Shown piece after piece: positions 46,749-55,840 of a stretch of DNA of 64,000 nucleotides (position 1 is the stretch's first letter; the number at the start of each line of letters is the position of its first letter). The notes beneath the pieces are model-generated. The model did not search any database, was not told the origin of the DNA, and saw only the letters and a list, made by a program, of their open reading frames with translations. A program made the translations under genes and the position numbers. This stretch comes from a virus (Duplodnaviria; Heunggongvirae; Uroviricota; Caudoviricetes), in IMG/VR virus record IMGVR_UViG_2974578326_000001, positions 26,711 through 90,710 of that record. One strand, 5' to 3'.

Positions 46749-47016
46749 GGCATTCTAACTCTATGATATTATCACTGTTAATCCAACCACCAACAATTTT
46801 TAAATTCATATCATTGTGTGCATACCTATATGTTGTTTTATAAGAGGTTTCTCTAATTTTATCAAATTTAACATAAACATATTTGGGTTTACCAGTATAA
46901 GGGTAGTCATAAACAATGAATTGTCCATCGCAATCAACTTTTCTGGAATTATCTAAGTTTGAAAAAGAATTACATCCACAAAGTGCCATTGTTAATAACA
47001 ACAGTAATTTTTTCAT
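46741..47016 (-). CDS. putative secreted/lipoprotein
   Basis: signal peptide MKKLLLLLTMALCGC. Confidence 0.4.
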   Translation of the reverse strand: MKKLLLLLTMALCGCNSFSNLDNSRKVDCDGQFIVYDYPYTGKPKYVYVKFDKIRETSYKTTYRYAHNDMNLKIVGGWINSDNIIELECHE

Positions 47017-47148
47017 AACTAATAACCTTATTTAATTTGTGGAGAATGATGGATTCCAACCATCCACCCCACCTTGGGTAGCGAACTATCGGATGTTTGA
47101 TAGACATACGCCCAAGGTAGAGTTGCCGCATGCATCCCCATAGAATAT

Positions 47149-47224
47149 TGGTACCCTGTACAGGATTCGAACCTGTGACCTACGATTTAGAAGATCGTTG
47201 CTCTCTCCACTGAGCTAACAGGGT
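47149..47224 (-). tRNA. tRNA-Arg (anticodon UCU)
   Basis: 76-nt cloverleaf read on minus strand, anticodon loop CTTCTAA, T-loop GGTTCGAATCC, CCA encoded. Confidence 0.8.
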
Positions 47225-47228
47225 TAAT

Positions 47229-47305
47229 TGGTGGCCCTTGCTGGACTTGAACCAGCGACCAATCAGTTATGAGCTGATCGCTCTAACCATCTGAGCTAAA
47301 GGGCC
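47229..47305 (-). tRNA. tRNA-Met (anticodon CAU; elongator, or Ile2 if lysidinylated)
   Basis: 77-nt cloverleaf, anticodon loop CTCATAA, CCA encoded; 4 nt from tRNA-Arg. Confidence 0.75.
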
Positions 47306-47314
47306 ATTTTATTA

Positions 47315-47479
47315 ACAGGATTCATCACAAGGTGCATCACCGCATGTTTCACAAACTATTTTTGAATAGAAACACCCCTCTACTGAATCCCCGTCTAAAG
47401 TATCTACACCACAATCAGGGCAAACACCATTAGGTTTACTTCCATCACTTAAAAGGTTCCAACCATCACAACAAGCCAT
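47315..47479 (-). CDS. Cys-rich 54-aa protein (not in ORF track)
   Basis: 12 Cys incl. CPDCG, CETCGDAPC; AAGG SD upstream of ATG at 47479. Confidence 0.3.
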
Positions 47480-47480
47480 A

Positions 47481-47678
47481 TCACATACCTTTTTTCTTAT
47501 TATTTATATAATTAAACATACCCAAATCAGCACCATTTTTAATTGCAGCAGATATTAGTGTATCTGGGGAAATGTAATCTAAAACCTTGTCGATCTTACC
47601 TTCAATAATAAGACAATGTGCAATATCTGATTCATTATGTTCAAATATCAACTTCTGTAATAACTCAACGTTTCTCAT
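47481..47678 (-). CDS. hypothetical protein
   Basis: 65-aa ORF. Confidence 0.3.
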   Translation of the reverse strand: MRNVELLQKLIFEHNESDIAHCLIIEGKIDKVLDYISPDTLISAAIKNGADLGMFNYINNKKKGM

Positions 47679-47895
47679 TTAGATTTCCTTTTTCTTCACA
47701 CTCATCAGATAATATTGTACCACCAGAAATTACAATTAAAACAAATGCTAAGAAACCCCAAATAATACCACCTATTGGGTATACCAAATATAATTGCTCT
47801 CCTCGAAAACCAATATCATACCTTAGTTTTACAAAGAATGTGCAAATAGTAATTGTTAATACCATAGATAAGATAATCCATGTTCCTTTTTTCAT
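47665..47895 (-). CDS. small membrane protein
   Basis: 76 aa, 2 TM helices. Confidence 0.35.
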   Translation of the reverse strand: MKKGTWIILSMVLTITICTFFVKLRYDIGFRGEQLYLVYPIGGIIWGFLAFVLIVISGGTILSDECEEKGNLNEKR

Positions 47896-47909
47896 ATTTA
47901 TACCTTTAT

Positions 47910-47981
47910 CGCTCCGTGCAGGAATCGAACCTGCAACTACCTCTTAGGAGGAGGTTATTATATCCATTTAACTAACAGAGC
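47910..47981 (-). tRNA. tRNA-Arg (anticodon CCU)
   Basis: cloverleaf on minus strand, anticodon loop CTCCTAA, T-loop GGTTCGATTCC, no encoded CCA. Confidence 0.7.
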
Positions 47982-47986
47982 ATTGA

Positions 47987-48193
47987 TTATTTTTTAATAA
48001 ACGGTCGATCAACCGAAACAGTCCATCCAATCGTCACAGTAGTCATGAATATATAAAATAGAATTGCTTCATTGTCTCCAATTTGAGTATATCTACCCAA
48101 GTTGTATGATTGTATTGCTGTAATCAATACAGCTAAGAAAACCTTAAACATATTAATTACCTCAAAGTGGGCAACATTTAATCTGCTACCCAC
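47987..48193 (-). CDS. small membrane protein
   Basis: 68 aa, 2 TM helices. Confidence 0.35.
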   Translation of the reverse strand: MGSRLNVAHFEVINMFKVFLAVLITAIQSYNLGRYTQIGDNEAILFYIFMTTVTIGWTVSVDRPFIKK

Positions 48194-48204
48194 TGTATTA
48201 TTTA

Positions 48205-48861
48205 TTAATAATTACGGAGAACCGTTCGGGTTAAATCAGTTAGTGTTTTATCAGTTGTGTTTTCACCAATAACAGTAACTTCCCAACCAGAACCAGTTCG
48301 ATCAAGGCGGGCAAGAATAGCACATTCTTTTCCTGCGAACTTCTTATCATTTTCCATGTTAAATTCAGCAATCTTCATACCTTTGCCATCTTTAACAAGA
48401 CCATCGTAGATGTTAATTCCAATATATGGGATCTCATCAAACTTCTGATGGGAATAGGAGTTCAGAACTGCATACATGTGCTTAACATTGCTTGGGACTT
48501 TCAGACCCTTAATGGTAATGATTTCATTATCCATTCCATCATCTTCATCATCACCTGAACGATCATCACCAGTGTGTGTTACAGAGCCACACGAGGAACG
48601 CAACTTGCCAAAGTAAACAGTGTCAACTTTCTTTTTATCACCATCAGCCAAGATTAATGATAAATCCAAATCAACATCTTCTAAGATAGCTTTCTCTGCA
48701 CCAACAAAAGATAAAGCTTTACCTAATAAACCAGAAGCTTTGGAATTACCAGCTCGATTGATTTTACCCCAGTTAACACCAAATGAGATATCAATAACTG
48801 GTGTACCTTTCTCATTTAAAAGTCGAGTTGTTTCATTTTTATTTAATACTAAAGTTGACAT
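48205..48861 (-). CDS. TerD-domain protein
   Basis: VDLDLSLILAD..VYFGKL..GSVTHTGDDRSGDDEDD..EIITI match TerD calcium-binding signature. Confidence 0.7.
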   Translation of the reverse strand: MSTLVLNKNETTRLLNEKGTPVIDISFGVNWGKINRAGNSKASGLLGKALSFVGAEKAILEDVDLDLSLILADGDKKKVDTVYFGKLRSSCGSVTHTGDDRSGDDEDDGMDNEIITIKGLKVPSNVKHMYAVLNSYSHQKFDEIPYIGINIYDGLVKDGKGMKIAEFNMENDKKFAGKECAILARLDRTGSGWEVTVIGENTTDKTLTDLTRTVLRNY

Positions 48862-48870
48862 TATTTATCC

Positions 48871-50520
48871 TTAAATATAGAGCTTTAAATTATTTTTAAT
48901 ACGAGATTCAATCTCAGACCAATCAGTTGTCGTTACTTCACCATCCTTAAAAATGGTTAACAGTGAAGTGTTCTCTTCTTCTTCAACTGTTGCCTTGTCC
49001 TTGAATTTCAGGACTCCATCTTCATAGTAATGGTAAATGAGACCAGTTAATGATTTCTTACCAGGATCAGTAATTGGATCTTTCATTACTTCACGTGCTT
49101 CGCCATTAACAACACCATATGTTGCTTTGATTGCAAAACCAAAGGTATCACGGGTGATGTACTGATACGTGAATGCACCTACACCAAATACTACAGCAGA
49201 TGATGCATACCCTTTATCATGTAAACGCTCCATGATTTCATTAGCACGCTGTTTAGTGATTGAATCGCCGTAAAGAACGCCAACATGGGGATCGAGAACC
49301 TTGAAGCCTTTTGAGTTTATAGTGTGACCAAAGATTTCATCAAGTAATTGAACTACTCCTTTCATCTCAGGAGCCAGTTTATCAATTTGAGACCATTTAA
49401 AATCAAAACCAACATCTTTATCTTCTAAATAAGATGCGATATATTTCTTGCCATTAATAGTTTCAATAATGAAATCAGTAATCTCTCGATTATAACGTTG
49501 ACACAAGATATTATGAACATCATCAACGGTGTGATAATCAAGTTTTGTAATGTTACAGCGAATAACTGGTAAGCCACACAGGATATCAGCTGGATCACCT
49601 GAATCAGGTCGTGTTACAACCTTACCATCTCTGGAAAGGATTACATCTTTCAGCTCACGTAAGATTTTATCAACGTGGTTCCATGTATCCCAAGTATCAT
49701 TTACTATTGACACAATACCTGTTGGCGTTGTTTCTGTGATAAGACGACGAACAGTATCAAGTTCACCATCTTTCGTCCCCATGCACATTACAGAGTGTTC
49801 TGTTGCATCTACAGAACCACCACGTTCTGTTTTGTAAACGTGCTCAAATATCTCACGACCAAAAACAGAGTCAGTACCTTGGAACACAGATAAGTGAGCC
49901 ATACCAGCAATTGCTGATGCATAGATTCCATAATCACCACGGCTACTGAAATCATGACCTTGCCAATCAACATGTGAATTATCATCACAATTTCGAATTG
50001 CCCACTGTTCACAGAGTAGACGGAAATGAAATGCTGTTGTCGCAGAAGTAATGATAGGCCACATCTCTGCACTAATTAAGGTTTCAAGGTAGTTCACAAG
50101 CCAGAAAAAATCTGGATGGGTATTTTTAATTGTTAACATTGGGGTTCCAACATCAACAACTTCACCCTCTGGAACAACTTTAATTTCGAGTGGTAAGTAA
50201 CCAAGTTTGTGTAAAGCTCGGATACGGCTAATATCGTAATCTTTTCCGAGGTAACGATCAACAGAACGCTTCATCTCATCACAAATGCTTTCATCTTTTT
50301 GGAAGAATTCAGAATCAAATTCATCTTTAATCCAATTAGTAATGAAAGCTTGAAAACCAAAACTAAGAATCTTTGGATCATCAGTTACTTGTCTATCGGT
50401 AAATCGTTTTGCATTACGTGGTACAAAGTTACCATATATAAGACTTGTACCTTCTGGGTATTGATTTGCATGAGATAGTTTATAACCATCAATTGCAAAA
50501 ATAGGAGATGTTCTTTTCAT
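48871..50520 (-). CDS. NAMPT-family nicotinamide phosphoribosyltransferase (NadV/Namat-like)
   Basis: 549 aa; PIFAIDGYKLSHANQYP and GHDFSSRG match NAMPT N-terminal and catalytic motifs. Confidence 0.85.
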   Translation of the reverse strand: MKRTSPIFAIDGYKLSHANQYPEGTSLIYGNFVPRNAKRFTDRQVTDDPKILSFGFQAFITNWIKDEFDSEFFQKDESICDEMKRSVDRYLGKDYDISRIRALHKLGYLPLEIKVVPEGEVVDVGTPMLTIKNTHPDFFWLVNYLETLISAEMWPIITSATTAFHFRLLCEQWAIRNCDDNSHVDWQGHDFSSRGDYGIYASAIAGMAHLSVFQGTDSVFGREIFEHVYKTERGGSVDATEHSVMCMGTKDGELDTVRRLITETTPTGIVSIVNDTWDTWNHVDKILRELKDVILSRDGKVVTRPDSGDPADILCGLPVIRCNITKLDYHTVDDVHNILCQRYNREITDFIIETINGKKYIASYLEDKDVGFDFKWSQIDKLAPEMKGVVQLLDEIFGHTINSKGFKVLDPHVGVLYGDSITKQRANEIMERLHDKGYASSAVVFGVGAFTYQYITRDTFGFAIKATYGVVNGEAREVMKDPITDPGKKSLTGLIYHYYEDGVLKFKDKATVEEEENTSLLTIFKDGEVTTTDWSEIESRIKNNLKLYI

Positions 50521-50783
50521 TCTGAATCCAACTCAATTTCTAATGTTTTAATTCTACCAATAGCAAGGACAAGGGTGTTATTTTTAACAGATATAAGTGA
50601 TGCATCTTCTAATCTTAGATATGCATCATGCCCTTCATAGTTATTTTGAACCTTTATATAACTTCCATCAACTCTGCCATTAATTTTATAAATCTTACCA
50701 TCGTTAGGTTCTGTCATCCCTGACTGTATATATGGTAATTTTTTATCGACAACAACCTTTTTCAGAAATTTAGGGTTTTTCAA
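50517..50783 (-). CDS. hypothetical protein
   Basis: 88-aa ORF between NAMPT and PRPS-like genes. Confidence 0.35.
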   Translation of the reverse strand: MKNPKFLKKVVVDKKLPYIQSGMTEPNDGKIYKINGRVDGSYIKVQNNYEGHDAYLRLEDASLISVKNNTLVLAIGRIKTLEIELDSE

Positions 50784-50792
50784 TTGTAACCT

Positions 50793-51593
50793 CTACTTTG
50801 TCCAGTCATAAACAGCATAGATATGATCAATAATATTATAGAACACTTCTTTACCTTTTGAGAAGATACCATTCGTAACGAACAGAGAGATTGATTCAGG
50901 ATTACCCTTAGCTCTTAATGCTTTGGCTACTTCAACAAATGTACGACCACCATCACAAATATCATCAACAATAATCAGATTAGCGTCACAGTAGTCAATG
51001 GAAGTATTGACTTCTACACCAGTGATTTCTCCTGTTGATGTATCACGAATTTTACTTGCGTGTATAACAGGTTTGTTGAATAATTTTGATAACTCATGAA
51101 TCTTTTTATCAGCCCCTGCATCTGGTGATACAAATATTGTTTTTCCTTTAAACATCTCACCTATTGGTAAAGCGTGTTTGTGTTGCAGGAACACTTGAGA
51201 TTGTTTAATTACACTGGAATTATTTATCAGTGCTGGTGCAACATCAGAGTGTGGATCAATAAGAATAACTTCATCTGCATTCAAAGAGTTAACTAAGTTC
51301 GCAAACACTTTTAAAGAGAAGCACTCTGTTTTAGATGTTACACGATCTTGTCTTGCGAATGGTAGATATTCAAAGATGATTTTTAAATTACCATCTTTAC
51401 GTTTCATACGACTTACTACATCATGAATAAGAAGCATATCGATTACTTCATCAGAAGAGCGTAGAGAACAGATCATCTCAACATCAATAACAACTACTGG
51501 AGGTTTTGACAAAAGCTTGGCGTGTCTTTCACCTCCGTTAAATGAGAACAAATCAAATTCTTGAGGAATACCATTCATTGTTACATGAATCAT
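50793..51593 (-). CDS. ribose-phosphate pyrophosphokinase-like (PRPS/Adps-like) enzyme
   Basis: 266 aa; PFARQDR and PRPP-binding loop IVDDICDGGRT. Confidence 0.75.
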   Translation of the reverse strand: MIHVTMNGIPQEFDLFSFNGGERHAKLLSKPPVVVIDVEMICSLRSSDEVIDMLLIHDVVSRMKRKDGNLKIIFEYLPFARQDRVTSKTECFSLKVFANLVNSLNADEVILIDPHSDVAPALINNSSVIKQSQVFLQHKHALPIGEMFKGKTIFVSPDAGADKKIHELSKLFNKPVIHASKIRDTSTGEITGVEVNTSIDYCDANLIIVDDICDGGRTFVEVAKALRAKGNPESISLFVTNGIFSKGKEVFYNIIDHIYAVYDWTK

Positions 51594-51907
51594 TCTAAAT
51601 CCTCCACATATTTTTTATACCACTTATCAACCTTTTTACTAATTGAATCTTCCAGTAAAGAGATGAAATTTTCTTTAGTAATGAACCCTTTATTGCGATA
51701 ATAAAGAAAAGCACAATCAACAGAAGAAATAATAATGTCAGCAGTTTCATTAACTACATTCTCCATATGTTCATTATAAAGAATAGCAGACTGAAGTTCA
51801 CCAGACTCTTCTCCTACTTTTAATGCTACATCTTTTGGATCTCTTGCTAGACCAGCAACAAACGATGTATCTAATATTTTATTTAGAGATTCCATACTTA
51901 TCTTCAT
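51590..51907 (-). CDS. MazG-like nucleoside triphosphate pyrophosphohydrolase
   Basis: EESGELQSAIL and ETADIIISSV (EExxE / ExxD helices). Confidence 0.5.
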   Translation of the reverse strand: MKISMESLNKILDTSFVAGLARDPKDVALKVGEESGELQSAILYNEHMENVVNETADIIISSVDCAFLYYRNKGFITKENFISLLEDSISKKVDKWYKKYVEDLE

Positions 51908-52139
51908 CCCCTTTATGGAAACTATTATTCACAGAGTATGTTTTATCAACGTCTGATTGAATCAATGTTTCGACTACAGCATTATCTAATTTCTTAGCCT
52001 CAGAGTTTTTATCTGATTTATTTGCCATATAGATAAATAGAAAAGTAATAACAAAGAATAAGATAACACCACCCATCATCTGACCACTACTACCACTTCC
52101 AGTGATTCTTGGATCACCTAAATCATCGTCATCAATCAT
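51879..52139 (-). CDS. small membrane protein
   Basis: 86 aa; one TM helix. Confidence 0.35.
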   Translation of the reverse strand: MIDDDDLGDPRITGSGSSGQMMGGVILFFVITFLFIYMANKSDKNSEAKKLDNAVVETLIQSDVDKTYSVNNSFHKGDEDKYGISK

Positions 52140-52211
52140 TAACTTTCATACCAGTGTATTATTAAGATGATAAGGTATATAACTAAGAAAAAGTGATACA
52201 TCATATACCTC

Positions 52212-52234
52212 CTTATATTATGTGCAATAATTTA
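52212..52234 (-). promoter_or_regulatory. copy 3 of conserved promoter/operator-like motif
   Basis: cttatattatgtgcaataattta followed by AAGGAGG SD. Confidence 0.45.
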
Positions 52235-52729
52235 TCGACCAATTTTTGTACAATGAGGCATATTTTCTAGTCCTTCCTTTACCTCTGGTAATAAATCAAT
52301 TGCTAGTTTAAGGAAACTTATTGGAACCCTGTCACAAGAAGGCCTTTCTCTATTGATTTTAACAAGCTCTTCAAAAGGTTTCTCAAATAGTTTGTAACAA
52401 AATTGCAGGTCGAGATAATCAGCTAGCATTTTCCAATCAAGAACTGTACCAATATTAAAATTAGTGTTGCATATTATAATTTCTTTTATTTGGCTTCTTT
52501 TTGAAAGCTCGATAACTTGTGCCTTCATCATGTTTTTCATCAAAGACAGTGTTTCTTTATTATTTAGTCTTGAAAAGAATTCTTTTTTATCCATATCTCC
52601 AAATAAGGTTGTTCTCAAGTTATCTAAACTAACAACTGCAATCCTTCCTAAATCTCTTTTGCAACGTCTATTAGTCCAAGTGGTTTTACCCGCACCAGCA
52701 GAACCAATTGTTAATATTAACTTTTTCAT
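52232..52729 (-). CDS. polynucleotide 5'-kinase (T4 Pnk kinase domain only)
   Basis: MKKLILTIGSAGAGKTTW almost identical to T4 Pnkp N-terminus; collinear through the kinase domain; no HAD phosphatase domain. Confidence 0.7.
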   Translation of the reverse strand: MKKLILTIGSAGAGKTTWTNRRCKRDLGRIAVVSLDNLRTTLFGDMDKKEFFSRLNNKETLSLMKNMMKAQVIELSKRSQIKEIIICNTNFNIGTVLDWKMLADYLDLQFCYKLFEKPFEELVKINRERPSCDRVPISFLKLAIDLLPEVKEGLENMPHCTKIGR

Positions 52730-52740
52730 TTAATACCTTT

Positions 52741-53010
52741 CTATTTTACAAGAGTTAGGATTAAGATTAAAGTAACTATTATTACAATAGTTATTGATAA
52801 TACATTGTTTTTATTCACTCTTTTTTGTTTTAGTTTTTCGATAAGTAAATACCGATTCCACCATTTTTGAATAAGATTATTCAATTCATCATCTGAGTAT
52901 CCGCTGAATGAGTATGTTGTGTAAGCCATTAACAAATTATTATCAACTAAAACTGATCCCCTTTTATCATGAAACAATATCCTACCATCACCAAGTTGAT
53001 TTACTTTCAT
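52741..53010 (-). CDS. hypothetical protein with C-terminal TM helix
   Basis: 89-aa ORF. Confidence 0.35.
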   Translation of the reverse strand: MKVNQLGDGRILFHDKRGSVLVDNNLLMAYTTYSFSGYSDDELNNLIQKWWNRYLLIEKLKQKRVNKNNVLSITIVIIVTLILILTLVK

Positions 53011-53012
53011 AG

Positions 53013-53339
53013 TTACCTCAACTGAGAATCCTTAGAGCCTCTTCTATTGTATCCAGAGAATGTCTTGACATCTTTTAATGATTGACACTCTATACAGAAC
53101 TTAACACCTTTTAAAGCCTTTCTACGAGCTTCTGGTATTGGTTCACCACACTCTAAGCAGAACATTTCACTTTCACCTTTTGGTAAGTTTGCCCTTGCCC
53201 TTAAAATGCCATCATCAATAGTGGCTTTAATAGTATCTTGGAAATTGTCTATATTTCCGAAGCCAACTGCCATATTACACCTCAAAATAGGAGGAACATA
53301 ATGTTCCCCCCTTAGATTAAAAATTAACAATTCTTCCAT
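53013..53339 (-). CDS. DksA/TraR-family C4 zinc-finger protein
   Basis: CLECGEPIPEARRKALKGVKFCIECQ. Confidence 0.55.
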   Translation of the reverse strand: MEELLIFNLRGEHYVPPILRCNMAVGFGNIDNFQDTIKATIDDGILRARANLPKGESEMFCLECGEPIPEARRKALKGVKFCIECQSLKDVKTFSGYNRRGSKDSQLR

Positions 53340-53539
53340 TCAGTAATACCTGATAGAATTTCAACCCCATCAAGTTTACGATCTTTGTGGTTTTTAAGCT
53401 CACGAGTGAACACTGGGTTTTTAACATCTGAACCCTCTACCACTTCTTCAGAGTAAACAGCCTTGGTGAAAGCGCCTTTATTTTTAACAATAACAACAGC
53501 ACCAACTTCAGGACGTTTTTCTGAGATATTTAAGAACAT
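53324..53539 (-). CDS. hypothetical protein
   Basis: 71-aa ORF. Confidence 0.35.
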   Translation of the reverse strand: MFLNISEKRPEVGAVVIVKNKGAFTKAVYSEEVVEGSDVKNPVFTRELKNHKDRKLDGVEILSGITEWKNC

Positions 53540-53618
53540 ATTAATTTCACCTTTAATTTAAATTAAGATTAGGAGTCGCTCAAGATCCCTCAAGCGACTT
53601 ATTAATGATTACAGAGGT

Positions 53619-54203
53619 TTATGCTTTACGTGATTCTAAAATGTCAGCCAGACCATTCTTAGAGCTTTCACCAACTGGTTCTGCTAGGTTAGTTACTTGC
53701 CACTCACCGTTAGTATCTTTTTCAATCATGACGAATTCAACAGCAGTAGAGAATGCCGCATTTTCATCAAGTTTAGCTTCAAATAAAACTTTATCGTCAT
53801 CGCCATATAAACGAGCAACTGGATTTGTTGAAGCTGCAAAAGGAACTGGCTCGTTAGCACTGTAAGAAGTCACAGCGATTAATAATTTATTAGCCTGTAC
53901 TTTTGTTAAATCAATTTCAATTGTTTCATCGTCACCATCAGCTGCACCATCACGAGCGTCACCGTAGTGAACAACTCCTGCGACAGGGTTCTCTGCATTC
54001 CCATGCTCGTTACCTGTACAGTTTCCATAATAAGCAATGTTTTCAGAATCAGGTTGTTTAATCTTGCCGTTATCATCTAACGCAACAAGAACAGCATCTA
54101 AATCTGCACTTTCATCCCAAGCCAAACCAAAGCGTAACTTTGTTAGAGATTTTGCTGCTTTTGACATATTGATGGTTTGGTTTTTGCTTAATACGATAGA
54201 CAT
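53619..54203 (-). CDS. TerD-domain protein (second copy)
   Basis: FGLAWDESADLDAVLVALDDNG..HYGDARDGAADGDDETIEIDL. Confidence 0.7.
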   Translation of the reverse strand: MSIVLSKNQTINMSKAAKSLTKLRFGLAWDESADLDAVLVALDDNGKIKQPDSENIAYYGNCTGNEHGNAENPVAGVVHYGDARDGAADGDDETIEIDLTKVQANKLLIAVTSYSANEPVPFAASTNPVARLYGDDDKVLFEAKLDENAAFSTAVEFVMIEKDTNGEWQVTNLAEPVGESSKNGLADILESRKA

Positions 54204-54308
54204 ATATTAACTTCCTTATGAATGTTAAGGCATTATTGCCAGATAGAATGTTTTTACTACACAATAAAATATGTTAGGGGTCTTAAACTAACAACCCCTA
54301 AAGGTATT

Positions 54309-54617
54309 TTATCGGATTTGCATGCTTGTAATATCAATGCTACCAATAACAATCAAACGTGGTTTAGCTTGTGGGTTATGCATTTTATTTGAACGATAAC
54401 CACTGCAACCTGTGCGAAGATTAGATACATATAACCCTAGGCTAGTTTTTCCAGTAACAGCGTATAAATCACCATTGTTACCTTTATAAACATCACCATT
54501 AACTAACATTGAAGCTGATTTGATTTGAGATTTCTTGAACTTCTTAATCTTGTATTTTAAAGTTGCCATCTGTCTATACCTTTTACAGTTGTTTGATTTT
54601 AATGGACGAGTAAACAT
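54309..54617 (-). CDS. hypothetical basic protein
   Basis: 102-aa ORF. Confidence 0.35.
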   Translation of the reverse strand: MFTRPLKSNNCKRYRQMATLKYKIKKFKKSQIKSASMLVNGDVYKGNNGDLYAVTGKTSLGLYVSNLRTGCSGYRSNKMHNPQAKPRLIVIGSIDITSMQIR

Positions 54618-54670
54618 TAATATAAATGCTTAATAATAGAGCTACAGTAAATAGCCCTATGGTTAAGAAT

Positions 54671-55585
54671 TTATCTCTTGTTCAAAGATTTAATAACACC
54701 CATACCAAGTAGGGATAGGACTATAATCAAGGATAAAATTGGATTAATATGAAAACCAATAGTTGATGCAATTAATTTTAAACCTACAAAGATTAAAACA
54801 TAGCCAACATATGTTTCTAATTCCGATAACTTTTTAATCAAAATATCAAGAATAAAGAATAATGCTCTTAATCCAAGAATTGCCATGATAATTGCTGCAT
54901 AAACTAGTGTAGGTTCTTCTGTAATCGAGATGACAGCAGGTACACTATCGAACGAGAACATGATATCACTGAACTCGATAGCCACCATACAAAGGAAAAC
55001 AGGAGTAACATATTTAACACCATTAACGAAATGGAAGAAACGATCACCAGATGAAGTACCCGTGTAAACAGGGTAAAATTTCTTGACCATTTTGATGAAC
55101 CATTTATCGTCATAATTGACAGCTTCTTCTTCTTCATCTCCACCACCTTTTAAGATTGCGTAAGCAGACCATAGAACTATAAGTCCAAATACAACCTGAA
55201 CTAATGGGTGTAAATTAAACAGAGATGTTCCAAGGCTTACAAATATACCACGGAAGACTAAAGCACCAGCAATGCCCCATAACAATATCCGATGTTTTGT
55301 ATGAGTGTCTTTGATACCAAAGTACGAGAAGATTGCAATGAATACAACTAGGTTATCAATTGATAGAACCTTTTCCATTACATATCCACTATAATAGTGA
55401 ACCATACTAGTTGTGCCCATTAATAGCCACACAATAATACCAAAGGCAATACCAATACCTACCCAGAATACAGACCACATACAACTCTCACGGAAAGTCA
55501 TTTCTTTCTTGTTTCCATGACCAATAAAATCAAAGAAAATAGAAACTGAAATGACCATAGCCATTGCAATGTAAATACCAATCAT
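54671..55585 (-). CDS. TerC-family integral membrane protein
   Basis: multi-TM; duplicated signature VLSIDNLVVFIAIF and MFSFDSVPAVISI. Confidence 0.65.
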   Translation of the reverse strand: MIGIYIAMAMVISVSIFFDFIGHGNKKEMTFRESCMWSVFWVGIGIAFGIIVWLLMGTTSMVHYYSGYVMEKVLSIDNLVVFIAIFSYFGIKDTHTKHRILLWGIAGALVFRGIFVSLGTSLFNLHPLVQVVFGLIVLWSAYAILKGGGDEEEEAVNYDDKWFIKMVKKFYPVYTGTSSGDRFFHFVNGVKYVTPVFLCMVAIEFSDIMFSFDSVPAVISITEEPTLVYAAIIMAILGLRALFFILDILIKKLSELETYVGYVLIFVGLKLIASTIGFHINPILSLIIVLSLLGMGVIKSLNKR

Positions 55586-55779
55586 TAGATAACCTTTTTA
55601 ATCATTTTAACTTCTGAGCAAGGGAATTCAGCAACAATTTCATCGCCTACAAGGAACACATATACACCCATCATTCGATGGTTGTGTGGGTTATCTCTCT
55701 TAATTGAAAGATATAAATCTGCTTCAACTTCAACACCTGAATTATCATTGTAACCCATTCTAACTTCATACTTATTCAT
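55585..55779 (-). CDS. hypothetical protein
   Basis: 64-aa ORF. Confidence 0.35.
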   Translation of the reverse strand: MNKYEVRMGYNDNSGVEVEADLYLSIKRDNPHNHRMMGVYVFLVGDEIVAEFPCSEVKMIKKVI

Positions 55780-55840
55780 TTTATAACCTCTAATAAGTAG
55801 TTTCGGTTTTAAAGAGATCCGAAAACTCTATCGATGGGTA

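Noticed and set aside
47041-47149. Possible fourth tRNA or structured element 5' of tRNA-Arg (inverted repeat CCTTGGG ... CCCAAGG, partial T-loop-like GGTTGGAATCC)
   Set aside because: No cloverleaf can be drawn and there is no anticodon arm; kept only as a possible hairpin or processing signal.
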